A stretch of DNA of 64,000 nucleotides from Chrysomallon squamiferum (taxonomy: Eukaryota > Animalia > Mollusca). Under the pieces are notes generated by a model. The model did no database searches. It saw only the letters and a list, made by a program, of their open reading frames with translations, and was not told where the DNA came from. Location: contig CM022668.1 in NCBI GenBank assembly GCA_012295275.1, positions 1,364,001 through 1,428,000 of the forward strand, read 5' to 3'. The translations under genes and the position numbers were made by a program. The stretch's first letter is position 1, and every line of letters begins with the position of its first letter. Below, piece after piece: positions 1-14,069 of the stretch.

Positions 1-1770
1 GGCACAAAACGAAGTTCACAAATAACGTTTCACGTATTGTGAAAAATAGGTTTAAATCTGAATTTACAGAACACATTGTTTTCATCAGTTAATCACAAAT
101 TGACTGGTTTTTCTTTTTCTTTCAGATTTGTTTTACTACATATTTTTAATTATGCATTTTTCAGGATAATATTTGTTATCGTAACTTCAAGTGTCTGCAG
201 TCGTCTGGATTTTTTAATTTAAAAAGTGACTTATACAAATTAACATATTATGACTAGGCAATATTTAGCGGAGGGAAACAGCTGCAAGTATGAATTGTAT
301 ACAAGTACGTTGTGTCGATATCAAAGCAGCTTGTTATAAACTAGTCAGTTTAAAGCTACTTGAGTTCACAGCACTTGAAAACCATTATCACAACATTTAC
401 TTATCAGTTCAGAAAGTTATTTTCAAAACAATGAAAATGCACTAAGGTATTTTTGATTTGTTCTCTATGTATCTTTAATTTTTTCTTTCTCTCCTCATGC
501 ACATGCACACACTCACACAAATGCATTTAAAAGCGCACATGCCCGAGCGTACACACATATTCACATTTCACATACAGAGTTTAAAGTAATATTTTTCTTG
601 ATGAGATCGTAACTGACCAAACACATTTTTTTCAGAGAAAATAATAAAAGGTATTCTAATATCGGCTAATATTGATTTATCATTAAATAATTCTTGACAG
701 CCAACTCTAATAAAAAAAATATTGATCGCTAATTATATGTAGAGGTACGCTAAGAGAAATGAAAATGGAGCAGCCTGGACGTGAACAAACACAAGATAAA
801 TGTTATCTGCAAATATCAGTTTTATTAGTGGCACCACAGTCCAAGCCAGTGTTAAGCCAAAGTACGCGAAAGTTTCTTCGTTCTATTTGATTTACGTTCA
901 TTTTGTAAAAAGTATCTTGAAAGACATTGTGACTCCGTTTTGATACCACGTGGTAGGAGGTAAGTGTTCTGTTGTATATAAAATATATCCTATTGTAAAT
1001 TATAAATTATGTTACAAGCAACATATAGACACGTGTATTTTTGTCTCTGTAAACATGTTTAAAATATCTTGTATTATATGTATGTATATATACTTATGTA
1101 AACTTTTTCCAAATGTTTATAAATTTATAAAGTTTTCTCTTAATTATGTTTTATGTTTGTGTGTGTGAGTGCGTGGCAAGCGTATTTTAAATTGTTTTGT
1201 TTGTTTTGTGACAAATACACACTGTACGTGACAGAGCAATGAATGTATTTATGTGTGAGAGGCTGCGATCAATCTTCTTAGTTTGGCAGGAAATTAATTA
1301 GACAAAGCATGTTGATGTTGCTGACAGGTACATTGTTTAATTAAACTGTGAGAAACATTCAGTGTGCAGGTAAGTCAGTCCTCGGAAATAAACCTTCATT
1401 TACGTAGAATGGTTTGAACTGCAGTCTCTCTTAATCAGGTTATAATATCAGTCTGGTTATATTTATGTGTGAGTACTGTCGTGTTTATATTTTTTCCTAA
1501 AGTAACATATTAATAGCTAGCTAGCGTTATCATTATGTAAATACTATTAGTTCAGACATTCCTGTATTTTCACAACGCAGTACACTAGTTTGAAGTACTG
1601 TGCTATTTAGTATATTAGATCTTTAAAAGTTATTTTGTAATATTTAAATTAATTTCTGTACATCAGACAACATAATTATTATTAATGTAGATTTGTTTTT
1701 GTAGCAGTACATAGTTATTTATAATAAGTTTGCCTATGTTCGCCTAATCCTTAACATAACATATTGCCGT

Positions 1771-1775
1771 AACAA

Positions 1776-1862
<87 letters not shown>

Positions 1863-1899
1863 GTAAGTAAATAAATAAATAAATAAGTAAATAAATAAA
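1771..1899. repeat. (AAAT)n microsatellite
   Basis: About 30 tandem AAAT units read directly, with a few AAGT variants. Confidence 0.95.
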
Positions 1900-2646
1900 A
1901 GAAATTAAAATGAAATCATTCTGAAAGTAAAAAGGTCATGTTTATAGGTGAAAATTTACAAAACAAATATGAGGTTCAGGTATTTGGAAGTCAGATACGA
2001 AGCCAGTGTGTTAAAAATGTGCAGAAGTTAGAAACTGTCGCTTTATGCAGGAGATGATGAGTTTGAACTGAGACAGCCTTTGTCCTTATCCTTGGTAGTC
2101 GACCAGAAACCATTATATATAAACGTTATAATGAAAAAATAAAGAAACTGGTGTTATAGATCAAAGTCGTATAAGTCTACAAGTTTAAAATATATTAAGA
2201 GAAGGATGAACACTGAAATACGCCATGAACCTTAAACATAAATCTAACGCTACCTCTAATTCCAAATTTTCTAATACAAACCAAAAATGGTCAGATTTAC
2301 AGCTTGTAAATTTTATTATTATTTATTATTAATATACCATTATCTAAACAAACTAGATCTATTTTTATCATGTTGATGTCGATAATGTTGCGACCTACAC
2401 AGTACTGTTAGTAGTTCAGAACTTTGTAGTAAATTAAATATTAATGTTTCATTACCACAGAACGGTCTTTCGAAAAGGTTTAGGAAATAAACAAATAAGG
2501 TTTTGTTTTAAGAGATAGTTTTAGTTCTGTCATTCATCGTGTGAGTATTCTTGAACATTCCCTATAAAACGTGTCACCTACAATTATTTAATAATTATAA
2601 TATTTATTTATAATGTTTTCTTTTCTTTAAGTTTTGAGAAATTCTC

Positions 2647-3654
2647 ATGGATTCCGTTCAGTACAAACGTTCTTCGGTTTGGAACTCGGACAGCAAACCT
2701 GAACGTCAGTCAGAATACTTGAAAAGACTGACGCAACTTCGATCTGACCTCTTAGGACAAGAAGAAAACCACATGGCACTTGCACTCGACAGATTTCGCC
2801 TGCCAACAAGTTTGAATAGCAACACAAAACAACAAGAATCAAAGCGTTCTGTATCGCGCAGACGTCCTTTGTTGTCAACGTATGAACAATTTCAGTTAAT
2901 GCGTCCAATAAAACAACCGTTGCTTATTTTCCCACTGGAAGGTCATAGCATCATTGAACCCCGTGCAGTTCCAAAAGTCAACAAGGATAACAACAACAAC
3001 AAAACGAAGAATCATTTAGATGAGTCTGTCAAATTAAACTTTCAGAGACTGAAATATCCCTTAGACAATATTACAAGAACAACTGTGAAACCAAACGAAC
3101 TCGTTCTTGATACAAACAGCATAAGCTGTAGATGTATGTCATTGAGCAGCTCAAGAAAAAGTCTTAGCGGTTCATCTCAAGGATCACAAGCTAAAATCGA
3201 CAAGAGTGCAGTTATGGATACCGACGTTTTGAAACCTAAACTGCTTATTAACGATTCAAAACCGAACAAACCTGTGACTAATGGAGCTGTTTATTTTCCA
3301 GTTATCGATCTTCCAAATGATAACGATAACAAATCGAACTTCAAATCACATCTCAAAGTAAAGACAAGTAGAAAATTTGTACAAACAAACGTTTCTCCAA
3401 GACAGACTTACTTATTACCTATAATCTATCAGCCTGGTTTCAAATCTGACAACGAGCCAGTTTGTCAGTGTAAATCTAGGAGACAAAAGAGTGACAAGAC
3501 ATCAGAGCAGGAAACTCCACGGAAATACATTCGAGTAGACATGCCGGTCATCTGTAACAGTCCTCAACAAGACACAGACGACGAGGACACCTCACACAAC
3601 ACCGACAACAACTATCAGCAACAACTTCACTGTCTTACTGATGACGTTAGTTAG
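2647..3654 (+). CDS. Uncharacterised 335-aa Ser/Lys/Asn-rich protein, single coding exon
   Basis: 1008-nt open frame in AT-rich DNA. Acceptor ttttctttaag ends at 2631, just before the ATG. Candidate 5'UTR donor cag|gtaagt near 1369. AATAAA near 3834. No domain recognised. Confidence 0.7.
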   Translation: MDSVQYKRSSVWNSDSKPERQSEYLKRLTQLRSDLLGQEENHMALALDRFRLPTSLNSNTKQQESKRSVSRRRPLLSTYEQFQLMRPIKQPLLIFPLEGHSIIEPRAVPKVNKDNNNNKTKNHLDESVKLNFQRLKYPLDNITRTTVKPNELVLDTNSISCRCMSLSSSRKSLSGSSQGSQAKIDKSAVMDTDVLKPKLLINDSKPNKPVTNGAVYFPVIDLPNDNDNKSNFKSHLKVKTSRKFVQTNVSPRQTYLLPIIYQPGFKSDNEPVCQCKSRRQKSDKTSEQETPRKYIRVDMPVICNSPQQDTDDEDTSHNTDNNYQQQLHCLTDDVS

Positions 3655-4141
3655 ATCAACAAACATACTGATTCTGAAAAGTGTTGCTTGAAAACCTGTA
3701 ATATGTACTTGATTAAATTTATTTGTTTATTTATTTATTTACTTATTTGTGTGTTTCTTTTCTTTCTTTATTTTAAAGGTGTTAAATTGTAGAGTAAATT
3801 GTATCTGCATTGATAACTCCGTTCTGTGTTGACAATAAATTGTGACTTCATTCATTGTTTTAACACAACCCTGTTTTGTGATGCTCAGTGTATAATAAGA
3901 TATGTTTATATTTATTATTTCATTACCATTGAAGTAATTCTCGATTTGCTGTGCAGCCTAATGTATTAAGCATGAGTAATTTAGCATTTTAAATTTCATA
4001 TGACTTTGGGCAATAAACATTTGTAATATGGTTGGCCAAATTTGCACATGTAAAGACATAAACCTCAGACACTTAAATTTACTTTTTATATATTTGAAGA
4101 AGAAAAAAATCAATGAAAACGAAAAAGAAAAGATTCGAAAT

Positions 4142-4179
<38 letters not shown>

Positions 4180-6102
4180 ATAGCAGTAGCAGCAACAGAG
4201 TAGTAAACAAATAAATAAAATATAATAAATAGATCCCCACAATTAGAAACTATATTTCAGATACATATTGCTCGTGTTTGTATATCTGTGTGCGTCTGTG
4301 TGTATTTATGTTTGTTTTTTGTTTCTGTATTTGACTGCATGTGTGTGAGTGCGAGTATGAATGTCCATATACATTAATTTGCATTTTTATACTCACAGTC
4401 AAATGTTCCTAGTGATCTTCATTTTCGTTTTGTCTTCTATTTTGTTATAAACCGACTGAAGTTTAAATAGTTTGAAAAGACTGAGTCGAGAGTAAAACGC
4501 AATTTTACATGCATATGAACAATGCTCTAATAAATAAAAATAAATAAGAGAAAAAAAGAAGAAAATTCCAAATCTATTTATAGTGCCATGCGGTAAATCG
4601 CCATCCACATGTACTGCTACTCAAAATACTTGAACACGATCTCTAACATTTGTGATTGGGTCGTTACTAAACTGAGTGAGGAAATGTAAAATACTTACTG
4701 TACTCTACAGAGCCGGATTTACCAACGGACATCGGTGCACAGGTATCTGCGGTCTCACTGAAACTATTTCTTTCATTAGTCTCATATATAAAATATCCAT
4801 GATATAAAATAATTTGATTAAAAATAATGATTTGTTACATGGTGTTGAAATGTGTATTTCTTAAACTATAATATTATCATACTCTGCAGTATGCATTTTC
4901 TTTTTATTATTATTATTTTTTTTACAATAAATAAATATATAACTTGGAGGCCCACTAGCGAGAATGAGGAGTTATGAAGTTCCCACTAACTGAACGAGCG
5001 TGAGGTGTGTATTAATGTTGATTTCAGCCTCCACCTCTAATTACATCCAAAATCCAAAACAAACAAAACACAATACGGAAAACTGAGGTAAATTGTTTGA
5101 AAAGGAAGAGAACGAAGCGAAGAATAACGATGTTTACCCAAACCTCGATGAGTTCTGAGAGCCACGAAAATCCGCCAGTGATTATGCAGTTCCTCGAGAA
5201 AAGATGAATGACGAGAATATAGATGATGTAAACGATTAGTATTTTTGGTTCTTAAATTTGCTCGCTCGCTTTTACCAGTCTACCAAACGACCAAAATAAC
5301 GAGGTCTTTAACTCAGCACCCTTACTACAATTCTTTCAGACTGCTGGGAAAACACTGGGATATTTTGGTGCAAATAGTAATTCACAATTTGAGAAAACTC
5401 GTTATACCGCCATATCGTCATAAAAATCAGTTGAGCTCCAATATCGACTGCGTTATTAATATGATCAGCGATTTGATAAAACTATAAACTATAAAAATTC
5501 GTATGTTCTTATTGATATAATCTTCCATATTTAACTGTTAGCAGATGTATGATTTCTTTGTTCGAGTAAGAAAGCGAAGAACATGTAACCTGTTTGATTA
5601 CACAGCTGTAGTATTGATTTTAAGTTGGCGCAAGACATGATATTTGCGGTAACGTACAATTACCGCCTACTGCAACACATTACAGTTACATGTCAGCAAG
5701 TTACTTTATTGTTGTAATTCTTCTTCATACTATAGCCACTGCTACTATTAATATACTACTGTTATAACTATTACTCATACTAATGTTATTGCTACTGCTG
5801 CAATCACTGCTATTACTAGCCCAAATACTTTTACTAGTTGTACTATTACTACTACCATCGTTACTACATCTGTTATTAAAACCGCCACTGACATCAATAC
5901 TGCTGCCACTATCACAAGTTGAAACCAGCCATTGCTGCCACTAGCACGTCAGAACTAACTCTACTACTACGACTACTAATACTGCTAGTTCTTATATATA
6001 TTATATTAATCTACATAGTTATCCGCGTGCTTTTAACGTCATTTTTGGGTTTTTTTTTTTTTAAATTATAAAATAGACTAAGGTACTGCTCTCCAGAGGG
6101 GA

Positions 6103-6128
6103 TATCTATCTATCTGTCTATCTGTCTA

Positions 6129-6213
<85 letters not shown>

Positions 6214-6269
6214 GTATCAATGTATCTATATATCTGTATCTACGTATGTATATATGTATGTATCTAATC

Positions 6270-6364
<95 letters not shown>

Positions 6365-6428
6365 AATTAAACTCCAAATATGTGTGTGTGTGTGTATGTG
6401 TGTGTGTGTGTGTGTGTGTGTCTGTGTT
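6103..6428. repeat. Compound microsatellite (TATC/TGTC)n-(TC)n-(TATC)n-(TG)n
   Basis: Read directly. Confidence 0.95.
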
Positions 6429-7213
6429 ATGTTTTTGGAATATCTAAAATGTATATACCTCTTTTGTTCCTAGATGATATTAATTAAATAAGAACACAAA
6501 TTAAAATATTCAGTCGAACAAGCAAAGACGAAATAGCAGCGAAATGCCAAGCAGCTGTTATGCAGTGACTAACGAGATAATGGAAAACAAAACCAATCAG
6601 CACCTTTAGCAAACACAGTTCCAACCTGCCTGTTTGTAATCGACCTGGCGAAAACGAGATAATATTATACTCCTAGTTAGTACTAATGAGTTAGTTCACT
6701 AGAGGAGAGACGTGCTGGAGGTCAAGGCATCGTAACGTACACTAGAAGCAGTTTCATATGCGTGTAGTCGACTCGTGTGTGCCTTAGAATCTCGACGTCT
6801 TTACGTCGCAGTATAAAAAGCAGGACATTGTTTCGTTCGAGGTAAGTTGTTTTTGTTATGGAAACAGTATTGATTTTTGACAAAGTGTAGATGTTGTTTT
6901 CTTCACTCTGTCTATCACACACAGACACGAAGAGTTTCTGCATCAACAATAATCAAATAACACGTCCATCAGAGAAACATTAGGCTTGTTTGCATTATCA
7001 GACAAGGATGCATGCATGTTTTTTTGAACAGGCGAATAATCACCACATCAACTAAATGAAAATGTTAATAACTATCACAATAAAATAAAACAAACGTGTA
7101 AAACCACAATACTGGGCATTTACAATAGTTTTCACAAATGCATCATAAATATTTTCATTATTATATTTTGTTTAAATATAGAATTGCAATTATTTTAATA
7201 TATTTATACTTCC

Positions 7214-7284
<71 letters not shown>

Positions 7285-7976
7285 AATATAATATATATAT
7301 ATATATATATATATCCCGCTCATTTTATCCTTTTTTTTCTCTCATACATATGCAAACATATGCAAAAATGCCTGTCTCTATTTGTATTTTCCTCTTATAT
7401 CTTTAGATTGTTTTATCCCCTCTTTTTAATTATCCGATATATAAAATTTTTTCTGAGACTCCGTTGTTAATTAATAATTCTATATTTTCTGATTTGACGA
7501 ATAGAATTTTTCTTAATGCAATAATTTCGAATACTACTGTATATAACAAACTTTAGAGCTATTACTATAATTTTGACTGTTCGTACTTCGTGCCATTTTT
7601 GATAACAACACGTACATGAAATGCCATGCACTAATCACATTTGTAAAGAGAAAACAGATTAACAGTAGTGAAATGGAAGCTGCGTGTAGAACTGCGTCCA
7701 CACAAGGACACCACTGTACCACTAAGCCTCGTACAGTAATCTGAGTGATAACGTTTCTCTTGTCATACGTAATGTTGTTGTCATTAACTGACCAATCCAC
7801 GTCGAGATTACTTTATCACCCGCCGTTGTTTCTGACTTTGACAAAGTAAAGATCATTAATAAGGTAAGCTTACACTGCTTACACATGTTCGTCTGTTACT
7901 AAGACACGAACCCGCTGAGGACGTTCAGAGACATCAATGGAAATCGCAAACATCTTCATTTGAGAAGTGTTTAGAA

Positions 7977-9028
7977 ATGGCCAAAGCGAATTTCAGAAAA
8001 GGTAAGAAATATGTTAAGTAGCCTCGTTGAAGAAAAGAAAAGAAAAACGTTTTTGTTTGTTTTATGTAAAATAAATACTCAAACCAAATTGTTATATATA
8101 TATCAAACAAAAGTTTATTGACTTGAATATGCTTATTAACAACACACAAAAAAAAAAAAAAACATTTTCTAATTTTGTTGCCAAATTCAGTCACTTCAGT
8201 AATTAACAAAACTCAGGTAACTAAGTGACAGTTTTGTTTTATTTATTTTTCTCACAATTTTGGTTGCATTCCATGTAAACGTGGCTCTCTGTACAGGAAA
8301 CCTGCTGCACATTGAAACATTTGAGTTGTGTTTCGCTGACAGTTTTTGTTGTGACAGTGAATACAGATGTATTTGTCATATAATTTTCATTAATTTTTTA
8401 TGAAAAAAAAATTGACTCGCTTGTAAAGAGAAACAAAACTGGAATATTTAATAAAGAAATTCACTGTCATATTTAACAAAAAAAAAAAATAAAAATTGGT
8501 TAATGTCTCTCATATTGTAAACATTTCATCGATATGTGTTGTGTTAATGAGTTGTATGATACAGAGTAGGCTGATAAAAATCGTTAAAACTCCATCAGAA
8601 ACTGATGAATAAAAGAGAATAATCGAGTAGAGTGGCACCCATCTTCAGCGGGCTCCGAAATGATCGGTCGCCTTCGATGAACAGACACTTTTCCGAGACC
8701 CGGTTGTTTTTCAGAGGATTAATAGTTTACATCAACGGTCGCCAACTTAGTGTTCAGTCATTGCCGATTTGGATTTGTTTTTTCCAGAATAAATAATTTG
8801 ATTGTTTTAAGGCAGTCTTGTACGATGTGTTTAGGGAGTTTTTGAATCATAAAAGCCAGCGAAGCCAACTGCAATCGCCAGCCCGTGCAAGGTACAAACT
8901 TTTCATAATTCAACCTTTCTGCATCATTCTCTGTATATTTATGTTTTATAAAAACTTTTGAGGTTGAAAAGATGGTGTGGCTGGCACAAATCGGAGCTCT
9001 ATTTGGCTGGTTGTACATCGTCTTTGCT

Positions 9029-9106
<78 letters not shown>

Positions 9107-11285
9107 TAATGTTTTTATTTCTCAAAACAAATATGTTTACGTCCGCTGTGTTACGCTAACTTGGAGACATCATATTTCATATTTGTGGTTGTTTATGCAA
9201 TTAGTTGGTGTTTAAAACCACACCGTGATTACATCTTGTACTCGAACCGTTGACGTAACAATCCAACTCTTTTTTATCTTGTACTAGAAGCTTTGACGTC
9301 ATGATCATACACAGGTTTTTTTTATTATCTTGTTCTGGAACCTTTGACGTAACAATCATACACAGGTTCTTTATATCTTGTACTGGAACCTTTGACGTAA
9401 CAATCATACACAGGTTCTTTATATCTTGTACTCGAACTTTTGACGTCATAATCATACATAGGTTCTTTTATCTCTTGTTAGTTTTTCTTCTGCGGTCTAA
9501 TTCTCTTGTAATTAACAGAGAGACAATGCAAATTAAATAAATAAAATAAAATAAAATAAAATAATATAAATAAACATTATAAAAATTAAAAATTAAACAA
9601 GTATTAAAATTAATAGTAAAAACGCGGACAACTGAAAACATGCTGAGACGGATGATCATAAAACAGTATCTAATTCATATTACCTAGTCACTTGTCTTCA
9701 CACAGCGAAAACCAGTTTTGAAAAACATCATTTTCATATTTTTTAGATTTCATCCGTTTTATTTAAATGGTTTTCTGCTTATATTTATACTCAAATGAAG
9801 AAGTTTTATTATAATTATTGGTAATATTTTTTAAAATAACTATTTCATATTTTATTTGTTGAACAGAAGTGAAACAAGACTGACTACTTCGTTTTATTCG
9901 TGTATGTCTCAATTTCATCATTACGTACAGTTTAACCACAAAACAATGCAAAGTTTGAATACAAAGATGAAACACGTCATTATCAGTTACAACTACAGTA
10001 ATTCTCCTTTCCTCGCTGAAATCTGCCTAAGGGATAATTACATACAACTTATTTCTCAAGAGCAGCACGAAGGAGAGAATTACCTACATAGTACAATCAG
10101 TATCTGCTTGCAAAACATGATTTCTACGATCTCTGTCTCCTAGTTTTGGTTATCAAAATAGCGGAAGAAGAGGATACTGCACCTCTCCATCATATGCCGG
10201 AAATACTTGTACATTGGTGCTTTAATTAATAACATCTTTTGTTTGATGGAAGATTCGGCGTTTTCAAGCGATGACGTACATCTCATTATTTTTAGACACG
10301 TACAGCTGTGTGCTAGCGACTTAAGTTAAATATCCAACGTTTATAATCGATAATTCCAAGATGCCTGACAGATGGATCATTGCAGCGACTGATTATCATT
10401 CAGTCAACACGTTGTGAATATTTGCGGCTTTTATTTTATTTTATTTTGTTTTATTTTTTATTTTTTTATTTTTTTATTTTTTTTTTGTATGGAGGTTTTT
10501 AAAAAAAAGAGGAATGTTCTAACTCATAAAACTTTAAATTTATCCAAAATCTTTAATCTCCCACTCTGGATCTTAACAGCGCTAATGTTTCCCACTTTTT
10601 ATTTTGATAATTTATCTGCTTCATTAGAAAATTGTAACTTCTCTCTTTCTGTCTGTCTGCCTCTTTCTCACTCTCTTTATCTTACTTGTTAAAAGAATAT
10701 TTGGCAAAATATTTCTGTTATGATAATGATTGTTAAATAGACATCCAGACTGAAAACTATTAAAACATTGCAAGATTCCCTTCTTAAGATGTATTTAGTT
10801 TGACAATTTTACATTTAATTTCAGGAAAGCTGTTTGTGATGACGTCGTACGAAAATGAGATTGAGAACTTATCTGAATCTGAAAGTCAGGTTTTTTCGGC
10901 ACATACAATCGAGATCAATGAAGAGCGATTGTCTAGTTCCGTCATCTGCACATCAAGTCCGGATCAGAACGTCATTACTCAGCCTCTAACTGGCGGACCA
11001 ACTGTTGTACGAAATTATCGGAAAACGGCACATTATCTCCCTTTGGCTATCATGGTGGCGTTTGTAAATCTTCCATTTGGAATTCCTTCTGTAGTGTTCT
11101 CGCTTATGTCAAAAAAATGCTGCAAAAATGGAGAAGCCGAAAAAGCCCAGAAATATGCGAAGATATCGATTTGGCTTAGTGTCGTTGGCATTGCAACGGC
11201 TTTGGTCGGTATAATATTTGCCCTGGTGTATTTATTCGTGATTTCTCCGAATATTATATCAGTCGATTTAAATCTGAAAACGTAA
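7977..11285 (+). CDS. CD225/dispanin-family (PRRT1/SynDIG/IFITM-like) membrane protein
   Basis: Main exon 10826-11285 encodes YLPLAIMVAFVNLPFGIPSVVFS...NGEAEKAQKYAKISIWLSVVGI, the two-hydrophobic-segment CD225 pattern. Putative exon 1 7977-8001 (MAKANFRK-G|gtaaga, phase 1) joins in frame at ttcag|ga. Alternative start ATG 10839. Confidence 0.8.
9232..9478. repeat. ~48-bp minisatellite, about 5 copies, each carrying TGACGT(A/C)A
   Basis: Unit atcatacacaggttctttatatcttgtactggaacctttgacgtaaca; gives the 16-aa periodicity in ORFs 9201-9455 and 9301-9540. Confidence 0.9.
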
Positions 11286-11476
11286 CCGGGGAATCCGACA
11301 GCAGTTGAAAATCCTCTTTATTAGAGAAAATGGCTAAGCTGTTAACGCTGTGACACTGACAGGAGCAGCAGAGATACCAGTCTCAGACAGGAGATGTACA
11401 CATGGGTCATTGTGTGACCTAGCAGGATGGGACTGTCGTGGAAACTAATTCCATATAGAAAATATTCAACAAATTA

Positions 11477-11516
<40 letters not shown>

Positions 11517-11819
11517 TAATAAAGTAGTAAAATTGATTGTGTAAATTATATAATTTTAAAACCATTACTCATACTGATTATTCAGAATAAATGTTTGTTA
11601 TTGTTTTTTTTAATTTAAACTGAAGTATGGAATCCGATGTCTGCAGTTGTTATTATCTAAACTCTTCTGTGTCGTTATATCAGCGTGTTCCTTTATTTAT
11701 TTATTTATTTATTTATTATTGTTGTCTATTCGTAATTGCTATTTGTTTTTACATATTAACTTTTAATTAATGAATACTCTCACTTTTGCTACATCAATTC
11801 TTGATACCTACATATTTAA

Positions 11820-11896
<77 letters not shown>

Positions 11897-13079
11897 AGTT
11901 TAAAAAATCAAATGTGATAGAAAAAAAATAAATAAACAGAGAGAAAAATAAATAAATAAATAAATAAATAATATAGTCCATGGTCATGTTTTTAAAGAAA
12001 ATGTAATAATTTGTATGATTGTTTCTTTTTCTTCATTTCCATCTTCTTCTTTCTTAAGATTTTAATTATTAAAAGTGTATCGATGATACATGTTTATGTG
12101 CCTTTTATTGTGCCCTGCCTTGGCAAAAGAAAGTTAATGGCATTTTTCTGAGAAAAAACACAACAAACAAAAACAGCAACCTTTTCATAGTCCAAACTGG
12201 ATTAAATTTAGTGGCAAAATGAAGCAAGTTAGCTATGAGAGCCAGTAAAGCTTTTCTTTTGTCTGATTATCTGATTATCGATAAAACGAAAAATTGAAAA
12301 AAGGATTTGCAAACTTTGCTTTGACAGGGCAGAACTGGTCAAAAAGTATTCTTTTAATGAGTTTAATGTGAAAAAATAAAACTACATTAATCAAATAATT
12401 TGTGTTTGTTTTCATTGTGTTTATCCAAAATAAATATTACATTTGTGCTTCCTTATAAAGGCTGATAATTTGTTGTACTTCACAGCATTTTCAGAAAGAA
12501 AAGAAACAAAATGAAAAAGAAATAAACAACAAACAAACAAACACAACACAAAACAAAAAATACTAATTTTTACAATCTCCTCATAATTATTAGAACTAAT
12601 GGAGTTAGAACAAAAATGTACAATCTTCCAATTGTTCTTTTTTGACGCTAGTTTTGACCCGTTGGACATATCTTATTTTTCTAGATATTCAAATGGTACT
12701 TCATGGAGATTTGAAATTGTCGTGCAGTTTTGAAACTAACTATTGCATTTCTCGGTTCTGAATCTAAAATACGCAAATGCTAAATTACGTCTATTTCGAT
12801 ATCTAGAAGATGCCCAAACGCGTTTGTTTCTTGTTGTTGAGCCTGACCAGGTTAATGGCTGTGGACCCCATGTACACAATCGTAAAAAATAAAAAATAAA
12901 ATAAAGAACAACATATTATTATGGAAAAAGAAATTGAAATTGTGAAAAGATTAAAAACATTCTACCCTTAGTGACTTCATCATACATCAGGCGCTTTTAT
13001 CAGAGGGACTATTATCTTAACAATAAAATGTGCTTCCCGACTGAAATATATTATAATTATCTTGTATTACACCGTCACA

Positions 13080-13860
13080 TCTTCCTCTTTGAATGGAAGT
13101 TGAACCCCAGAGCTGTATTTTGAGCAAATAAATTTCTCAATGTGCCAAATTCCTCTGGGCAGATCACCGTCCATCAGGTCAAGGTTTGAGAACACTTTCA
13201 CCAAAGAGTTGGGATCACCAAAGAGCATGGATAGATATGAGATGATCCAATTCTTCTTTGACTACCCAGTCTGCACCAGTTATGTTTTGAAAATCAGTCA
13301 GACCTTGACACTTTTCTCGCCCAGTGATATTCACATGCTCACATACTTGTCTCCTTTTCCAGTGAGGAAACTGAGATTTGGTGAAAGCACGAAGTCGTTC
13401 ACGAGCCACAAGATCAATCAGCAAGATTAGTAAGTTAGTGTCAGACGACTACATTTCCATGTCTCTCAGAGCGGAGTCTTCGATGGCATCAGTTACGAAC
13501 CATGGTGTCAGCATCCTCGTATTTGTGAGTGAACATCAGTTCGGACAAGGATTGGATGAATTGATCTGAACTGTGTGGTTTTTTTTCTACCTTCAATATG
13601 GCATTATCAAAACTGTTGGAGACTGAGCGATGTCACAGCGGTCAAATATGATGCCTCCACATCGTACAGATTCACCAGTCCCTTCTTGACTTCTTTTGTG
13701 ACCTTGATCTACTATCAATCTGAAACATGTTCTAGATTATTAGGCATGTTTTTAAACAGACGTAACATCATCAAAGTTTTCACATAGTTCCAGAGTTATG
13801 TCATCTTCTGCATCTTACATGAGTGACAGCAGTCATCTTGAATTATGAGCCTTACAGGTG
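13080..13860 (-). mobile_element. Degenerate XPG/PIN-like nuclease fragment of an Academ-type DNA transposon
   Basis: Minus-strand pieces broken by stops and frameshifts occur in the expected order: GIIFDRC, THKYEDADT (cf. HEEADT), SSDTNLLILL (cf. SPDTDV), EKCQGLTDFQNITGADW (cf. GLHAFTGCD). Confidence 0.65.
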
Positions 13861-14025
13861 TCTAAATGTTTGCTACCAAAGATTTTTTTTTTTTTTTTTT
13901 AGATGATTCCCAAATGAAGTTAAATCAGTTATTATTTCACATTGAGCATCACATTCCGAAGTACATCTCAGAAAGGTTTATTAGATTATAATATAAATTA
14001 GAAATGTTTATTAGATTTTAACTTT

Positions 14026-14069
<44 letters not shown>

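Noticed and set aside
4708-4960. hAT/MITE end (cagagccggatttacc)
   Set aside because: Only one degenerate end; no partner TIR or target-site duplication found.
8625-8650. VEWHPS as the missing CWC25 KSWHP exon
   Set aside because: Flanking residues do not match, and it lies upstream of the intervening dispanin coding exon.
6246-9215. ORFs with IYLS, LSLS or CVCV runs
   Set aside because: Translations of microsatellites.
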